DNA of 64,000 bases from Dehalococcoidia bacterium (lineage in GTDB: Bacteria > Chloroflexota > Dehalococcoidia > Bin125), in the NCBI GenBank assembly GCA_963663235.2, contig CAXXNO010000004.1, positions 864,001 to 928,000 of the forward strand. The letters are read 5' to 3'. The translations under genes and the position numbers were made by a program. The notes beneath the pieces were generated by a model that made no database searches, had not been told where the DNA came from, and saw only the letters and a list, made by a program, of their open reading frames with translations. This document shows positions 50,388 through 62,454 of the stretch, piece by piece. Each line of letters begins with the position of its first letter. The stretch's first letter is position 1.

Positions 50388-50820
50388 CGTTCCCCTCCCA
50401 TTTCTCGTATATGAAACCGACGATGCAGTGGTGACGCGTCTCTCCCGTGCTGACGCGCTGTCGCCCCGCCCCAGAGACGGCGAAGCGTAGCGAATATGAC
50501 TGTCACTGCAACATTGTGTTGCTCTTCACATCTATTCGCCGGTAAGCCCCGCTGGCACTTCCCGGCGGGAGCTTGCCGTGCCATGCGTCACCACGCTGCC
50601 ATGGCGGGTTCTGCGACTCGCGCTGGAAGGAGGGCTCCGCCGCGGCGGGTGGAGCCCGATGGGAGATGACTTCACTAGTTGCGTCTTGGCCGACTGCGTC
50701 CCGGTAGTGACCTGCCCCCCCAGAACCGGTCCAGATCCGGGTGCGAGGATTCGCCCCGCCGGTGCGAAGGGACGTCGGCTATGGCACGTCCTAAGCGGTA
50801 CGCGAGCCGATGGTTGGCTT

Positions 50821-51633
50821 TCACGCCTGGTCACACCTGCGGGAGGCGGAGGGCCAGCAGCTCGCGCGTGGTCGGCCCGAATCTCGTCGATGTCCGGTCG
50901 CGCTTCCGGAATCTCGAAGCGGAACACAATGCCCTCGAGCCAATTCAGAGACTCTACCAGAGCGCCCGCCCGGCGGGCAACATCGGCCAGCAGAGGAGCC
51001 AGCTCCGCGAAGTCGGTCGGCACTTCCAGCGCCGCAAGCGGCTGCCCCGAACGTCCGTGAGCCCCACCGCCGCTACCAAAGTATCCATGTCGAATTCGAA
51101 GCGGACCATGAATGGCTCGATCAGTGCGATCCGCCAACGCGATACAGTGCGGGATCGGCCTCGTAGCGGGCGGCGAAACTTCTCGAGCCGCGGCCAGGCG
51201 GCCCTCCGCCGCCGCGAACATGCCTTCGTAGCTGCGCACGGACCCGCTATCGACCGGTGACACGCACGGAGCGGCGGTGCCGGCACCGGCTCGACAATCG
51301 TGCCAGGCGCAGGGACTGACCCAGCGACGATCCAGTAGATCTTCCCGGCCGTCCAGCGCGGATGCAGGCCGGCGCTGATCGCGGGCGCAGGCGGTCGACG
51401 GCTGGTCCGCCACCGCTGCGGCCGTGACATCCCAGTGGAAGACCTCCGAGTAGAGCCCGTCGATCCCGGTCAGCGGCTGCTGCACAGGCGCCGGCTCACC
51501 CGGGTAGACGACCCATTCAAGCCGGGTCGCAGCGGCGCTTGGCTGTCAGGAAGCGCTGGCGCCGGTCCCCGAATAGCACGAGACTCAGCGCCACCACAGC
51601 AATTCCAATCAGTGGGCCGATACGGCGCATCAT
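50821..51633 (-). pseudogene. Indel-disrupted paralogue of the 49605-50387 secreted protein
   Basis: Shared blocks such as TTTCACGCCTGGTCACACC, GTGGTCGGCCCGAATCTCGTCGATG, ATGCCTTCGTAGCTGCGCA and CCGAGTAGAGCCCGTCGATC; own AAGGAG RBS and signal peptide MMRRIGPLIGIAVVALSL; many frame changes. Confidence 0.85.
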
Positions 51634-52303
51634 CGATTCTCCTTTCGCGGCCGGCTCAGCCGGAGTGGCCGGAATCGGCGGGCCGCATGCTTGGCTCTTG
51701 TCCCACGTGCTGGTTCCGCGCGACTTCGTCTTCGACGCGGCACCGCCGATGGGCGCCCGGTGCGAACGATCCATCTGGGGCCGCGTCGTGTGATGCGTTG
51801 AATCCAGCGGTCGCGAGGGCCTGCCGTCGGCGACGTCGCAGGCGCGCCGAGTGGGACGCCGGCAGCGACCGCCGCAGCCTGGCGCGGTTGCGCCCAGCTA
51901 GACCTCGTCGGATACGCGAACGGGCGCGCCGACGCTAATCAAATGTCGGTCCATCAACGGTGCGCGGTTTCGCGCCCACGATCTCGCCACGATGGGTCAG
52001 TCGTCCTCCGGCCGATGACTGGTCTGCACCTACGCAGCAGCGCCCCGGGGAGCGATCGTCACACCGTCTTCGATCAGAGGGAAGTACAACGGGCAGGCCT
52101 ATCCCGAGGCGGATACGGCTGTCTGAGGGACGATCGCGGCAACGGGGCTATTGCGATGAAGATCTGACTGAAGTGCTCAGGTGCAAATCGGAACGACAGC
52201 ACGGCTTCGACACCCACTGCTGGTAAGCCCCAGATGCCTGCGGCATGTGCGGCGCTGACTGCGGGCCCGGCGCCACGGTTTGACAGGACCACGATCCGCT
52301 CCG

Positions 52304-52999
52304 ATGTCAGATGCCGTGCCGCAGGCAAGCGTCTCCCTCTGTCCCCACTGCCAGGGCCCGCCGGGGACCGGGCGCTTCTGCCTCACCTGCGGTGTCCTTC
52401 GGCGTGTTCTGGACACCGACCTGCAGCTGGCTTCTCACTGGCGATCGCTTGACTCGGCTTAACGACTGGTGGACGCGCAACTGATCGTGGGGCCAGCGCT
52501 CGTCCTCCTCTTCGGCCTTGTGGTGCTCCTCCTCTCACAGCTTTCTCGTAGCGGATTTTATCAATCACTGGCGGTGCTGCTGCTGCTCGTGGTGGGTACG
52601 TGGGTCGGCTGGCTGGTCTGGCTCGCGATCGTGGCACGGCGGTCGCAGTCACCCGGCAAGTGGCTCCTGGGCATGTACATCCTGCGCGGAGACGGCACGC
52701 CCGCCTCCGCCAAACGGGTTTGGTTGCGCGAGGTCGTGATGAAGTGGCTGCTCTTCGGCGCGGCTGGTTGGTTGCTCGGGGGCGTGGGCGGCCTGGTCTT
52801 GGTCGCCGACGGTCTCTGGATCTTCGGGAACCTAGACCGACAGACGCTGCACGACAAGCTGGCCGACACCATCGTGGTCTCGTCGCCGGGGGGCTTGGTG
52901 GCGGTCCAGCTCCTGCAAATCGAGGGCTTGCGCGACGAAGGGCTAATCACCCAATACGAATACGAGGAGCGTCGCTCGCGCCTGATGCGCCGCATGTAG
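52304..52999 (+). pseudogene. Zinc-ribbon + RDD family membrane protein with SHOCT-like tail, interrupted by an in-frame TAA at 52460
   Basis: CPHC..FCLTCG and LASHWR lie in frame with RLVD...QSPGKWLLG...RQTLHDKLADTIVV and GLITQYEYEERR. Confidence 0.75.
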
Positions 53000-53033
53000 G
53001 GCGCACCCCAGCGCGGATGCAGCCGCCGTCCGC

Positions 53034-53681
53034 TTAGCCGAGGAGGCCCACCTGCGCCGCGAAGGCGGCGGCCTCGGTGCGACGGTTCATCCCGAGCCGG
53101 TCCAGAATGTGGCTGACATGGTTGCGGGCGGTGGCATCGGCGATCACCAGGCGATCGGCGATCTGCTTGTTGGTGAGGCCCTGGGCGACGAGCGTCAGGA
53201 CCTCGCGCTCCCGCGGGGACAGCACGGCGATGCGTTCATCCTCCGCCTTGGCGGCCAGCTCCACGAGCTTCTCCGTCACGCCGGCGGTCACCGCCGGATC
53301 CAGCAGCGACTCACCAGCGGCGACGGAGCGCACGGCGCGGAGCAGGTCATCGCGGCCGGTGTTCTTGAGCAAGAAGCCGGAAGCGCCGGCCATGAGGGAG
53401 GCGAGCACCGCCTCCTCGGCGCCGAACGAGGTGAGCATCAAGACGCCGACGTTCGGCATCTCGCTCTTGATCTTGCGGCAGGCCTGAATCCCATCGGTGG
53501 GGCCCATGCGCACATCCATGAGGACGACCTGGGGCGTGGTGGCTTGGGCCTCCCGGAGGGCGGCGTCGCCGTCGGCGGCTTCGCCGACGACGTTGATGTC
53601 GGGCTCCATTTCGAGCAGCGTGCGCAAGCCGACACGCACGACCTCATGGTCATCGACCAGCAGTACGCGGATGCGAGCCAT
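53034..53681 (-). CDS. NarL/LuxR family response regulator
   Basis: LLVDDHEVVR, LMDVRM, GFLLK and LSPREREVL...GLTNKQIA HTH. Confidence 0.95.
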   Translation of the reverse strand: MARIRVLLVDDHEVVRVGLRTLLEMEPDINVVGEAADGDAALREAQATTPQVVLMDVRMGPTDGIQACRKIKSEMPNVGVLMLTSFGAEEAVLASLMAGASGFLLKNTGRDDLLRAVRSVAAGESLLDPAVTAGVTEKLVELAAKAEDERIAVLSPREREVLTLVAQGLTNKQIADRLVIADATARNHVSHILDRLGMNRRTEAAAFAAQVGLLG

Positions 53682-54867
53682 CAACGTCCTCCCCACTGGG
53701 AATGGTGACGGTCAGCCGAGTGCCGTTCCCATTGGACGATTCTATAGAGAAGCGGCCGCCGAAGCGGGCCGCCCGCTCCTCCATGTTGGTCAAGCCGTGG
53801 CCGCGTCCGGCAGGCGCGTGGACGTCGAAGCCGATGCCGTTGTCGACGATTTGGAGGGTGGCGGCGTCCGGACCCCAGCGGAGGGCGATCGTCGCCTCGG
53901 TCGCCTGGGCGTGCTTGTAGACGTTGGCCAGCCCCTCCTGGACGACCCGGTAGATCTGGGCGATCGATTCCGGGGACAGGCTGAGGGGCTCGCCGTCGAC
54001 GGTGACGCTCACCGGGACGCCGGTAACCGCCGAGAACTCCTGGGCCTGCGTCCGCAGCCGGTCCGCCAGGCGGCGGTCGCCCAGCATGACCGGCTGCAGG
54101 CTGGTGAGCAGCCCGCGCGTTTCGATGAGCGTCTCCTTGGCGAGCCGCACCATGGCGCCGATCCGCTCGGCGCGGCGCGCCTTCTCCGCCGGCTGGTTCT
54201 CCAGATCCGCCAGCGCTTCCAGGTTCATGGCGAGCATGTAGACGTTCTGGGAGACGCCGTCGTGGATCTCCTGCTGGATGCGCTCCCGCTCGGCGTTGGC
54301 GGCGCGTTCCGCGGCGACGGCACGGGCGCGGCGCTCGCGATCGATGCGGACGACGAGGTTGCCGATGATGACCGTGGCGATCATCGTCAGAAGGCGCAGG
54401 AGGATGCCCTTCACGTCGCTGGGTTCGTCCGCATCGAAGGCGGAGTGTGTGAGGACGCCGATGAAGCCGTAGGCCAGCATCGTGGCGGCGGCGTAGGAGA
54501 AGCTCAAGCGGCCGGGGAAGACCAGAGTGAAGGCGAGCAGCGCCGGGTAGTAGAGGACGAAGTTCGGGTTATCGAAGCCGTAGACGAGAAGGATGGCCCC
54601 GGTGAGCCCGACGAGGTCGTAGGCGCTGGCGAACAACGGCAGGCCGAGGGCGACGGGGCGGTTGCGCCACATGAGCCAGTGGAGGTCCGCGTTAATCAGC
54701 GTGGCGAGGATGAGGATGGCGTTCAGGCCGACGAAGTCGGAGGTCGTGGTGCCGGGGCTGTAGTTGACCACGACGAAGGTGGCGGCGAGCAGGAGCCAGC
54801 GCATCACGATGAGGATGCGCAGGCGCGCCTGTTGTTCGGCATCCAGCGGCGCGAGCAAACGCCTCAT
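53650..54867 (-). CDS. Membrane sensor histidine kinase (HisKA_3)
   Basis: Six TM segments, ERERIQQEIHDGVSQ, QEGLANVYKHA, DNGIGF and GHGL.NM.ER. Confidence 0.95.
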   Translation of the reverse strand: MRRLLAPLDAEQQARLRILIVMRWLLLAATFVVVNYSPGTTTSDFVGLNAILILATLINADLHWLMWRNRPVALGLPLFASAYDLVGLTGAILLVYGFDNPNFVLYYPALLAFTLVFPGRLSFSYAAATMLAYGFIGVLTHSAFDADEPSDVKGILLRLLTMIATVIIGNLVVRIDRERRARAVAAERAANAERERIQQEIHDGVSQNVYMLAMNLEALADLENQPAEKARRAERIGAMVRLAKETLIETRGLLTSLQPVMLGDRRLADRLRTQAQEFSAVTGVPVSVTVDGEPLSLSPESIAQIYRVVQEGLANVYKHAQATEATIALRWGPDAATLQIVDNGIGFDVHAPAGRGHGLTNMEERAARFGGRFSIESSNGNGTRLTVTIPSGEDVDGSHPRTAGR

Positions 54868-54993
54868 TTGCCGGCATCATACTCGCCCGCCCGAGTCCCA
54901 GGCGGCCGTCCGGCACCAGGTCATCGTTGGCATGATCGGCCGCGCCTCGCCACAATAATCACCGCAGACGTGACGACGGTGGGCGGCGATCGC

Positions 54994-56142
54994 GTGACCG
55001 ACACGACGAACCGACGAGTTTGGCGGCAGGCGCTCCTGGGCCTCGGAGGCGCGACTATCGCCAGCCTGGGCGCCTCGGGATGGTACGTCGCCGATCTCAT
55101 CGGCAAAGGCGCTCTCGAGAGCGGAGGGGAGGCAGCGGCGTTCGACCTGGAGGTCATCGGCGTGGCCGACGGCGCGATCACTCTGCGTGCGGCGTCCGGC
55201 GACGGCGCCTGGCGGATCGAGGGGTTGTGGGGAGTGGAAAGCGCCAACGGCTACGGGCGAGTGGGGGCGATCCGCGAGATCGGTGACCGGACCGTGGTGC
55301 GGGAGTTCAGGCCGATGCAGGGCTCCCTGGCACCGCGCGATCGGGTGCGCCTGGACAACTTCGCCTTCCCTCCCGACCCGCAGCGGGCGTTCGGGCTCGC
55401 TTACGAGGAGACGCACGTCCGCACGAGCCTGGGCGCCTTCCCGGCCTGGTTCGTCAAGGGGCGGGAGGGGACGTGGCTGATCTTCGTGCACGGCAAGGGA
55501 GCGGAGCGCGCCGAGTCGCTGCGCATGCTGGGGGTCACAAGCGAGCTGGGCTATCCGTCGCTCAGCATTACCTATCGAAACGATCCCGGCGCGCCCGCCA
55601 GCGCCGACGGCCGGTACCGCTACGGCCGGGACGAATGGCAAGAGGTCGAAGGCGCCGTGCGCCACGCGCTGGCCCAGGGAGCGCGCGACGTCGTGCTCGT
55701 CGGATACTCGATGGGCGGCGGCATCGTGACGAACTTCCTGTACCAATCACCCCTGGCCGCGACCGTCCGCGGCCTGGTCTTGGACTCACCTCTCCTGGAC
55801 CTGGGGGCCACGTTCCGGCTTCGCGCGCAGGATCGAGGCCTGCCGCAGTTCATGGCGAGGATCGGGCAGCAGATCGCCCGCGCCCGCTTCGGGGTCGACT
55901 GGGGGGAGCTGGACTACCTGCGCCGGGCGGACGAGCTGCGGGTCCCGATCCTGCTGTTCCACGGAGACGCGGACCGGGTAGTGCCGGTGGCGACGAGCGA
56001 GGCGCTGGCCGCCGCCCGGCCCGACCTGGTGACCTATGTGCGGGTCGCCGGGGCCCAGCACGTGCGCGGCTGGAACCTGGCGCCGCAGCGGTACGAGGAG
56101 GCGGTGCGGGCGTTTCTGGGGCAGGTCGCGCCCTTGCGGTGA
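54994..56142 (+). CDS. Membrane-anchored/secreted alpha/beta hydrolase
   Basis: N-terminal hydrophobic segment, IFVHGKG, GYSMGG, LFHGDAD and AQHV..WN. Confidence 0.88.
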   Translation: MTDTTNRRVWRQALLGLGGATIASLGASGWYVADLIGKGALESGGEAAAFDLEVIGVADGAITLRAASGDGAWRIEGLWGVESANGYGRVGAIREIGDRTVVREFRPMQGSLAPRDRVRLDNFAFPPDPQRAFGLAYEETHVRTSLGAFPAWFVKGREGTWLIFVHGKGAERAESLRMLGVTSELGYPSLSITYRNDPGAPASADGRYRYGRDEWQEVEGAVRHALAQGARDVVLVGYSMGGGIVTNFLYQSPLAATVRGLVLDSPLLDLGATFRLRAQDRGLPQFMARIGQQIARARFGVDWGELDYLRRADELRVPILLFHGDADRVVPVATSEALAAARPDLVTYVRVAGAQHVRGWNLAPQRYEEAVRAFLGQVAPLR

Positions 56143-56332
56143 AGCGCGAGCGCCGCGGTCGGGGGCGGGGGCTTGGGAGCCCGCGGCCGCGGCCTGCTGC
56201 CGCCAAGCGCCCACAAGCGCGCTAGGATATCGCCGCCAGCCGAAACGGAGTGAGGCCGTCGATCGAGCAGGGGCGGCGTGCGCCGCGGCCGGGTTGGCGT
56301 GGCGGGCAGCGAACCGCGAAAGGTCCAGACAC

Positions 56333-56689
56333 ATGGCGCAGCGTCGCGATAGTTCCGTGGGGGACTACGAGGTCCTCCAGCAGATCGATGGTCGCGGCGC
56401 GACGATCCGGGTCTTTCGAGCGGTGCGTGGGGCGGAGGCGCTGGACCGGCACCTGCATCGCCATTCGACGCAGTACTACGTAGCGCTGGAGGGCCGGATC
56501 GTGATCGAGCACGGGGAGGAGCGGGTCACGCTGCAGCCGTACGAGGCAGTGACCGTCGAGCCGGGGACGACGCATCGGTCGTATCCGGCGGATGAAGCGG
56601 CCGTGGTGCTGACGGTCTACATGCCGCCGGAGCGGGCGGAGGATCACATCCCGGTGCCGGTCGCCGGGCAGCAGCTGGAGGGGGAGTAG
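56333..56689 (+). CDS. Cupin domain protein
   Basis: [15 protein letters not shown] and PGTTH cupin motifs. Confidence 0.82.
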   Translation: MAQRRDSSVGDYEVLQQIDGRGATIRVFRAVRGAEALDRHLHRHSTQYYVALEGRIVIEHGEERVTLQPYEAVTVEPGTTHRSYPADEAAVVLTVYMPPERAEDHIPVPVAGQQLEGE

Positions 56690-56796
56690 GCGAGCGCACC
56701 GGGCCGGGCGGCAGGCACGGAACCACACTCGGCCAGCGGGATGAAGGGGAAGGAGGGGGGCGCCGCCGGGCACAGCGCATCGCCGGAGGCTGGAAA

Positions 56797-56873
56797 TGGT
56801 CGGGGAGAGAGGATTTGAACCTCCGGCCTCTTCGTCCCGAACGAAGCGCGCTACCGGACTGCGCCACTCCCCG
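56797..56873 (-). tRNA. tRNA-Pro (anticodon CGG)
   Basis: CGGGGAG acceptor stem, D-loop GGTA, anticodon arm CTTCG-TTCGGGA-CGAAG, GTTCAAATC T-loop and encoded CCA; 77 nt. Confidence 0.97.
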
Positions 56874-56935
56874 ACAGATCGGCAGCGTACCGGCCCCGGC
56901 GGATGGGGGGCAAGCGCAGCGCCGGCCGATGCGGC

Positions 56936-57502
56936 CTATTCGACGACTTCCAGCTGTCCCTCGGTTGGCTCGGGCTGCAACTCGCCCTCTGTGGGCGACT
57001 CAGCCTCGGCGGGTGCTTCGGCCTCGGCGGGCGCTTCGGCCTCTGCGGGTGCTTCGGCCTCGGGCGCCGCCGGCTCGGGCAGGACGAAATCCGCTGGGGG
57101 GACCTGCAACTCTTGGCCCACGCGCAGCGCGTTCGGGTCCAGAAGGTCATTGAGGAAGACGATCGCCGCCACCGTCGTGCCGTAGCGTTGCGCGAGGTTG
57201 CCCAGGGTATCGCCGGGCTGGACCACGTGGACGGTCGCCCGTAGCTCGATCTCCGGTTCCGGTTCCAGCTCCGGGAGCGCCACCTCGCCCTCATCGGAGG
57301 GGAAGGCGATCGGCTCGGCGGGCGAGTCAAAGTCGAACGCGAGGGGCTCGGTGGCGCCGGAGGCGTCGCCGTTGTCGGAGAAGACGTCCAACCGGAGGAG
57401 GACGACCCCAGCCACCACGACGGGGACGATGATGACGAGCGAAGTCAGGAGCCCGAAGAGCCGACCGGAGGCCGCGGGAGAATACGGGCGCTTGACGGTC
57501 AT
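56936..57502 (-). CDS. Membrane-anchored LysM domain protein
   Basis: One TM helix; [21 protein letters not shown]...[11 protein letters not shown]; EAEAPA repeats (18-bp units, ~57001-57065). Confidence 0.9.
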   Translation of the reverse strand: MTVKRPYSPAASGRLFGLLTSLVIIVPVVVAGVVLLRLDVFSDNGDASGATEPLAFDFDSPAEPIAFPSDEGEVALPELEPEPEIELRATVHVVQPGDTLGNLAQRYGTTVAAIVFLNDLLDPNALRVGQELQVPPADFVLPEPAAPEAEAPAEAEAPAEAEAPAEAESPTEGELQPEPTEGQLEVVE

Positions 57503-57568
57503 GCTGCCCTTCGCTGCCCCACCCGCGGGTCGATCATATATCGCGGCGATTGGCGGCGAAAGTGGGGC

Positions 57569-57778
57569 CTAGCCGCGCCCCCGGCCGCCGTGGACGCCGC
57601 TGAGGATCGGTTCGTCGATGTAGACGTCGCCGTTGCGGATCTTGATGTTGTAGCCGCAGTCGGGATTCGTACAGACCCACGCCTTGTAGTGGACCGCCGC
57701 GCCCTGCCCACCGAAATCGGACAAGGGCACCAGACAGCCACTGTCGCAGCGCAAGCAAGGAGGGAAACCCTCCACCAT
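57569..57778 (-). CDS. Small Zn-ribbon-like hypothetical protein
   Basis: 69 aa; CLRC and CTNPDC pairs around LVPLSDFG..GA.VHYKAWV. Confidence 0.75.
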   Translation of the reverse strand: MVEGFPPCLRCDSGCLVPLSDFGGQGAAVHYKAWVCTNPDCGYNIKIRNGDVYIDEPILSGVHGGRGRG

Positions 57779-58015
57779 GCCATCGCCTTCCACCCGCCAC
57801 CCCCCTCTCGCCGACGCAGTCGGTGCGGGCCCGGCCGCCATCCGAGGCGGTCGCCCCGCGACTCATTGTACCGCCTGAGCGCCCTTGTCAACGTCGCAGC
57901 GGCCCCCGGGCCCACGTTGAGCGGGCGTTTACGCGCCGCTTACAGTGCCTTCACAAGGGGATGACGCTTGCCAGGCAGAATCGCAGAGAGCGAGCAGCGG
58001 AAACGAGGGTGGCGC

Positions 58016-58863
58016 ATGCAATCACAGCAGTGGATCGGACCGGCAGCGCTGGTGGGCGCCGTGGCGGCGATCGGCCTCGGGATCGCCGCGCTGATCCTGG
58101 CCCTGGACGATGACGATCCGAACTTGCCGCCGGTCCCGCGGATCGCTGCGGGTGTCGAGTTCGAAGGGGCAGGCGCCGGATCCGGCCCCGGGGCAATCCC
58201 GGATCTGATCCGTGGTGCGCTGGCGGGCTCCGACGAGGCCTGGCTGGGCATTCGCGCCGTCGATGGGGACGAGGGTCTCAGCGTAGGGCGGGTGGAGCCG
58301 GGGAGCCCGGCGGACCGGGCCGGCCTGGAGGCCGGAGACGTGATCCGCGAGTTCGCCGGCGACGACGTGGAGAACAGCGCGGAGCTGGCGGAAGCGATCG
58401 GCGAGCGCGAGCCGGGAGACGAGGTGGAGATTGTGATCGAGCGCGACGGGAGCAGCGAGCGCGTGGAGGCGGAGCTGAGCGCGCGGCCGTCGCCGTTTAC
58501 GGGTCGAAGGAGCGCCGGCGCTCCGCCCGGGATCGGAGGGCTGGCGGAGCTGCTCCCCGGAATCGCCGACTTTGGGCTGGAGCGCCTGACGGAACGGCTG
58601 ATCTCGGCCGAGGTCCGCGTTGCAGGGGAGGAGGGCGAGGCCGTCACGCTCCGCGCCGTGAGCGGGGACGTGGTGGAGATCTCGGACGAGGCGATCACGA
58701 TCGAGCAGGACGGCGACAAGGTGCGCTTCGCAATCGGCGAGGAGACGTCGATCGTGGCGACGGGGGGCGAGGTCGAGGCGGGGGAGCGGGTGATCGTCGT
58801 GAGCGAGGAGGGGACGGCGCGGTTCGTGGTGGAGGTGGGGGCGGGGTTTTCGCGGGGACGGCG

Positions 58864-58867
<4 letters not shown>
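58016..58867 (+). CDS. Membrane-anchored PDZ domain protein
   Basis: TM helix; AWLGI...V..VEPGSPADRAGLEAGDVI; no protease catalytic domain seen. Confidence 0.85.
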
Positions 58868-60471
<1,604 letters not shown>

Positions 60472-60758
60472 GGACGGTGTCCTTCAGAGATGAGGTATAG
60501 ACGGTGGCGGTGGCGCTCGGGAGGGAACGGGAGCCCCGGGAAGCGCGGGGCTAGGGGCGCGGGATCGCATCCGCCGCGTGATGAACCGCGGCGGAAGGCC
60601 ACCTCTCAGAACGTGCCCGCGCTAGGTGATCGATCATCTTCGCCAGCCATCGGCCGCATCGCCGTCAGACGGGACAGCGCGCAGCGGTCCCGTCCACGTT
60701 AGCGCGGGCGGGCGGCGAGCGGCAATCGAGCCGGAGGCGCGGGGGGGCTCCAACTCGA

Positions 60759-61847
60759 CTACAGCGCCTCAGCGATGAGGGAGCCCATCTCGGCCGTGCC
60801 GGTGGGGGGAGCGCCCGTCGGGGCGAGGTCGGCGGTGCGGTGGCCCGCGCGGAGCACCTGCTCGACCACCGACTCGACGGCGGCCGCCTCTTTCTCCAAG
60901 CCCAGGGAGTGGCGGAGGAGGAGGGCGACGCTGAGGATCATCGCAGTGGGGTTGGCGAGGCCCCGTCCGGCGATGTCCGGGGCGGTGCCGTGGATGGGCT
61001 CGTAAAGGCCGAGGCCGGTCCCGTCGCGGCGGCGGCGGCCCAGGCTGGCGCTGGGGAGCATGCCCATGGAGCCGCCCAGCATGGAGGCCTCGTCGGTGAG
61101 GATGTCACCGAAGAGGTTCTCGGTGACGATGGTGTCGAAGTCGGCGGGGTGGCGGATGAGGTGCATGGCGCAGGCATCGACTAGGAGGTGATCGAGGGTG
61201 ACGTCGGGGAAGCCGGCGGCGACCTCGGTGGCGATCTCGCGCCAGAGCCGGGAGCTCTCAAGGATGTTGGCCTTGTCGACGGAGGTGAGGCGCTTGCGAC
61301 GGCCACGGGCGATCTCGAAGCCGAGGCGGACGATGCGCTCGATCTCGCGCTCGCTGTACTTGAGGGTGTCGACGGCCTTGCGGCCGCGCTTGTCGGCCCA
61401 GCGCTTCTGCGGCTTGCCGAAGTAGATGCCGCCCGTGAGCTCGCGCAGGATCACCATGTCGACCGTGGCTACGACCTCGGGCTTGAGCGAGGTGGAGTCG
61501 GCGAGGAAGGGGTACATCTTGACCGGGCGGATGTTGGCGAAGAGGCCGAGGCCCTTGCGCAAGCCGAGGATGGCCTGCTCGGGGCGGACGGAGGCTCTGG
61601 GGTCGTCCCACTTGGGGCCGCCGACCGCACCGAAGAGGACGGCGTCGCGGCCGCGGCACATCTGGAGATCCTGCGGGCGGAGGGCGACGCCGTAGGCATC
61701 GATGGCTGCGCCGCCGACGGTGGCCTCCGTATAGGTGAAGCGGTGGCCGAAGCGCCGGGCGACGGCGTCTAGGGTCTTGACGCCCTCGGCGATCACCTCG
61801 GGTCCGATGCCGTCGCCGGGGAGGAGGGCAATGTCGAAGGCGGGCAC
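60759..61847 (-). CDS. leuB: 3-isopropylmalate dehydrogenase
   Basis: [41 protein letters not shown] and [13 protein letters not shown]. Confidence 0.95.
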   Translation of the reverse strand: MPAFDIALLPGDGIGPEVIAEGVKTLDAVARRFGHRFTYTEATVGGAAIDAYGVALRPQDLQMCRGRDAVLFGAVGGPKWDDPRASVRPEQAILGLRKGLGLFANIRPVKMYPFLADSTSLKPEVVATVDMVILRELTGGIYFGKPQKRWADKRGRKAVDTLKYSEREIERIVRLGFEIARGRRKRLTSVDKANILESSRLWREIATEVAAGFPDVTLDHLLVDACAMHLIRHPADFDTIVTENLFGDILTDEASMLGGSMGMLPSASLGRRRRDGTGLGLYEPIHGTAPDIAGRGLANPTAMILSVALLLRHSLGLEKEAAAVESVVEQVLRAGHRTADLAPTGAPPTGTAEMGSLIAEAL

Positions 61848-61945
61848 TGCGGCTCCGTTCTTACCGTCGGGGCGGGAGCGCGGCGATACTAACGGACGGC
61901 CGGCCGAGGTGCGACCGGAGACAGCGCGGGCCGGAGGAGGACACG

Positions 61946-62380
61946 ATGAGCATCGACGTGACGGCGGAGACGGTGATCGACCGAGCCAGAGAGGACGTGG
62001 CCCGCTACGCGATGGAGCCCGACAACGACCCAACGTGGATCGGCGGCATCGTCGAAGCGAAACGGTTGAGCGAGGGGCCGATCGGCGAAGGCACGCGGGT
62101 GGCGCGGGTGGCCAAGTTCCTGGGCAAGCGCATCGAGTACGTCAATGAGGTGGTGGAGTACGACGCGCAGGGGCTGCTGGTGATGCGGTCGGTGTCGGGC
62201 CCGTTCCCGATGCAGATCCGCTACGAGTTCGAGGAGCGGGCGGGGGGCACGCTGGCGCGCATCCGGGTGCAGGGGGAGGGGAAGCGGTTCTTCCGCATGT
62301 GGGAGCCGCTGCTGAGGCGGATGGTCAAGCGGAACGTGTCGAAGGATCTCAAGCGGCTCAAGCGGCTGATGGAGGCGTGA
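61946..62380 (+). CDS. SRPBCC (polyketide cyclase/dehydrase) family protein
   Basis: TVIDR..EDV..Y......PTW, GTR and C-terminal helix DLKRLK.LME; GGAGG RBS. Confidence 0.88.
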   Translation: MSIDVTAETVIDRAREDVARYAMEPDNDPTWIGGIVEAKRLSEGPIGEGTRVARVAKFLGKRIEYVNEVVEYDAQGLLVMRSVSGPFPMQIRYEFEERAGGTLARIRVQGEGKRFFRMWEPLLRRMVKRNVSKDLKRLKRLMEA

Positions 62381-62454
62381 CGGGGGGGCGGGTCGGGAGA
62401 CGGCGGAGTGCGTGGAGGGTCAAGGAAGACGTCCACCGCATCGTGGAGCCATCG

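Noticed and set aside
49605-51633. Diversity-generating retroelement (TR/VR pair)
   Set aside because: Differences involve all four bases and many indels over the whole gene rather than adenine-specific substitutions, and there is no reverse transcriptase in the window.
46652-56873. Genomic island integrated at tRNA-Pro
   Set aside because: I found no integrase and no duplicate of the tRNA 3' end downstream.
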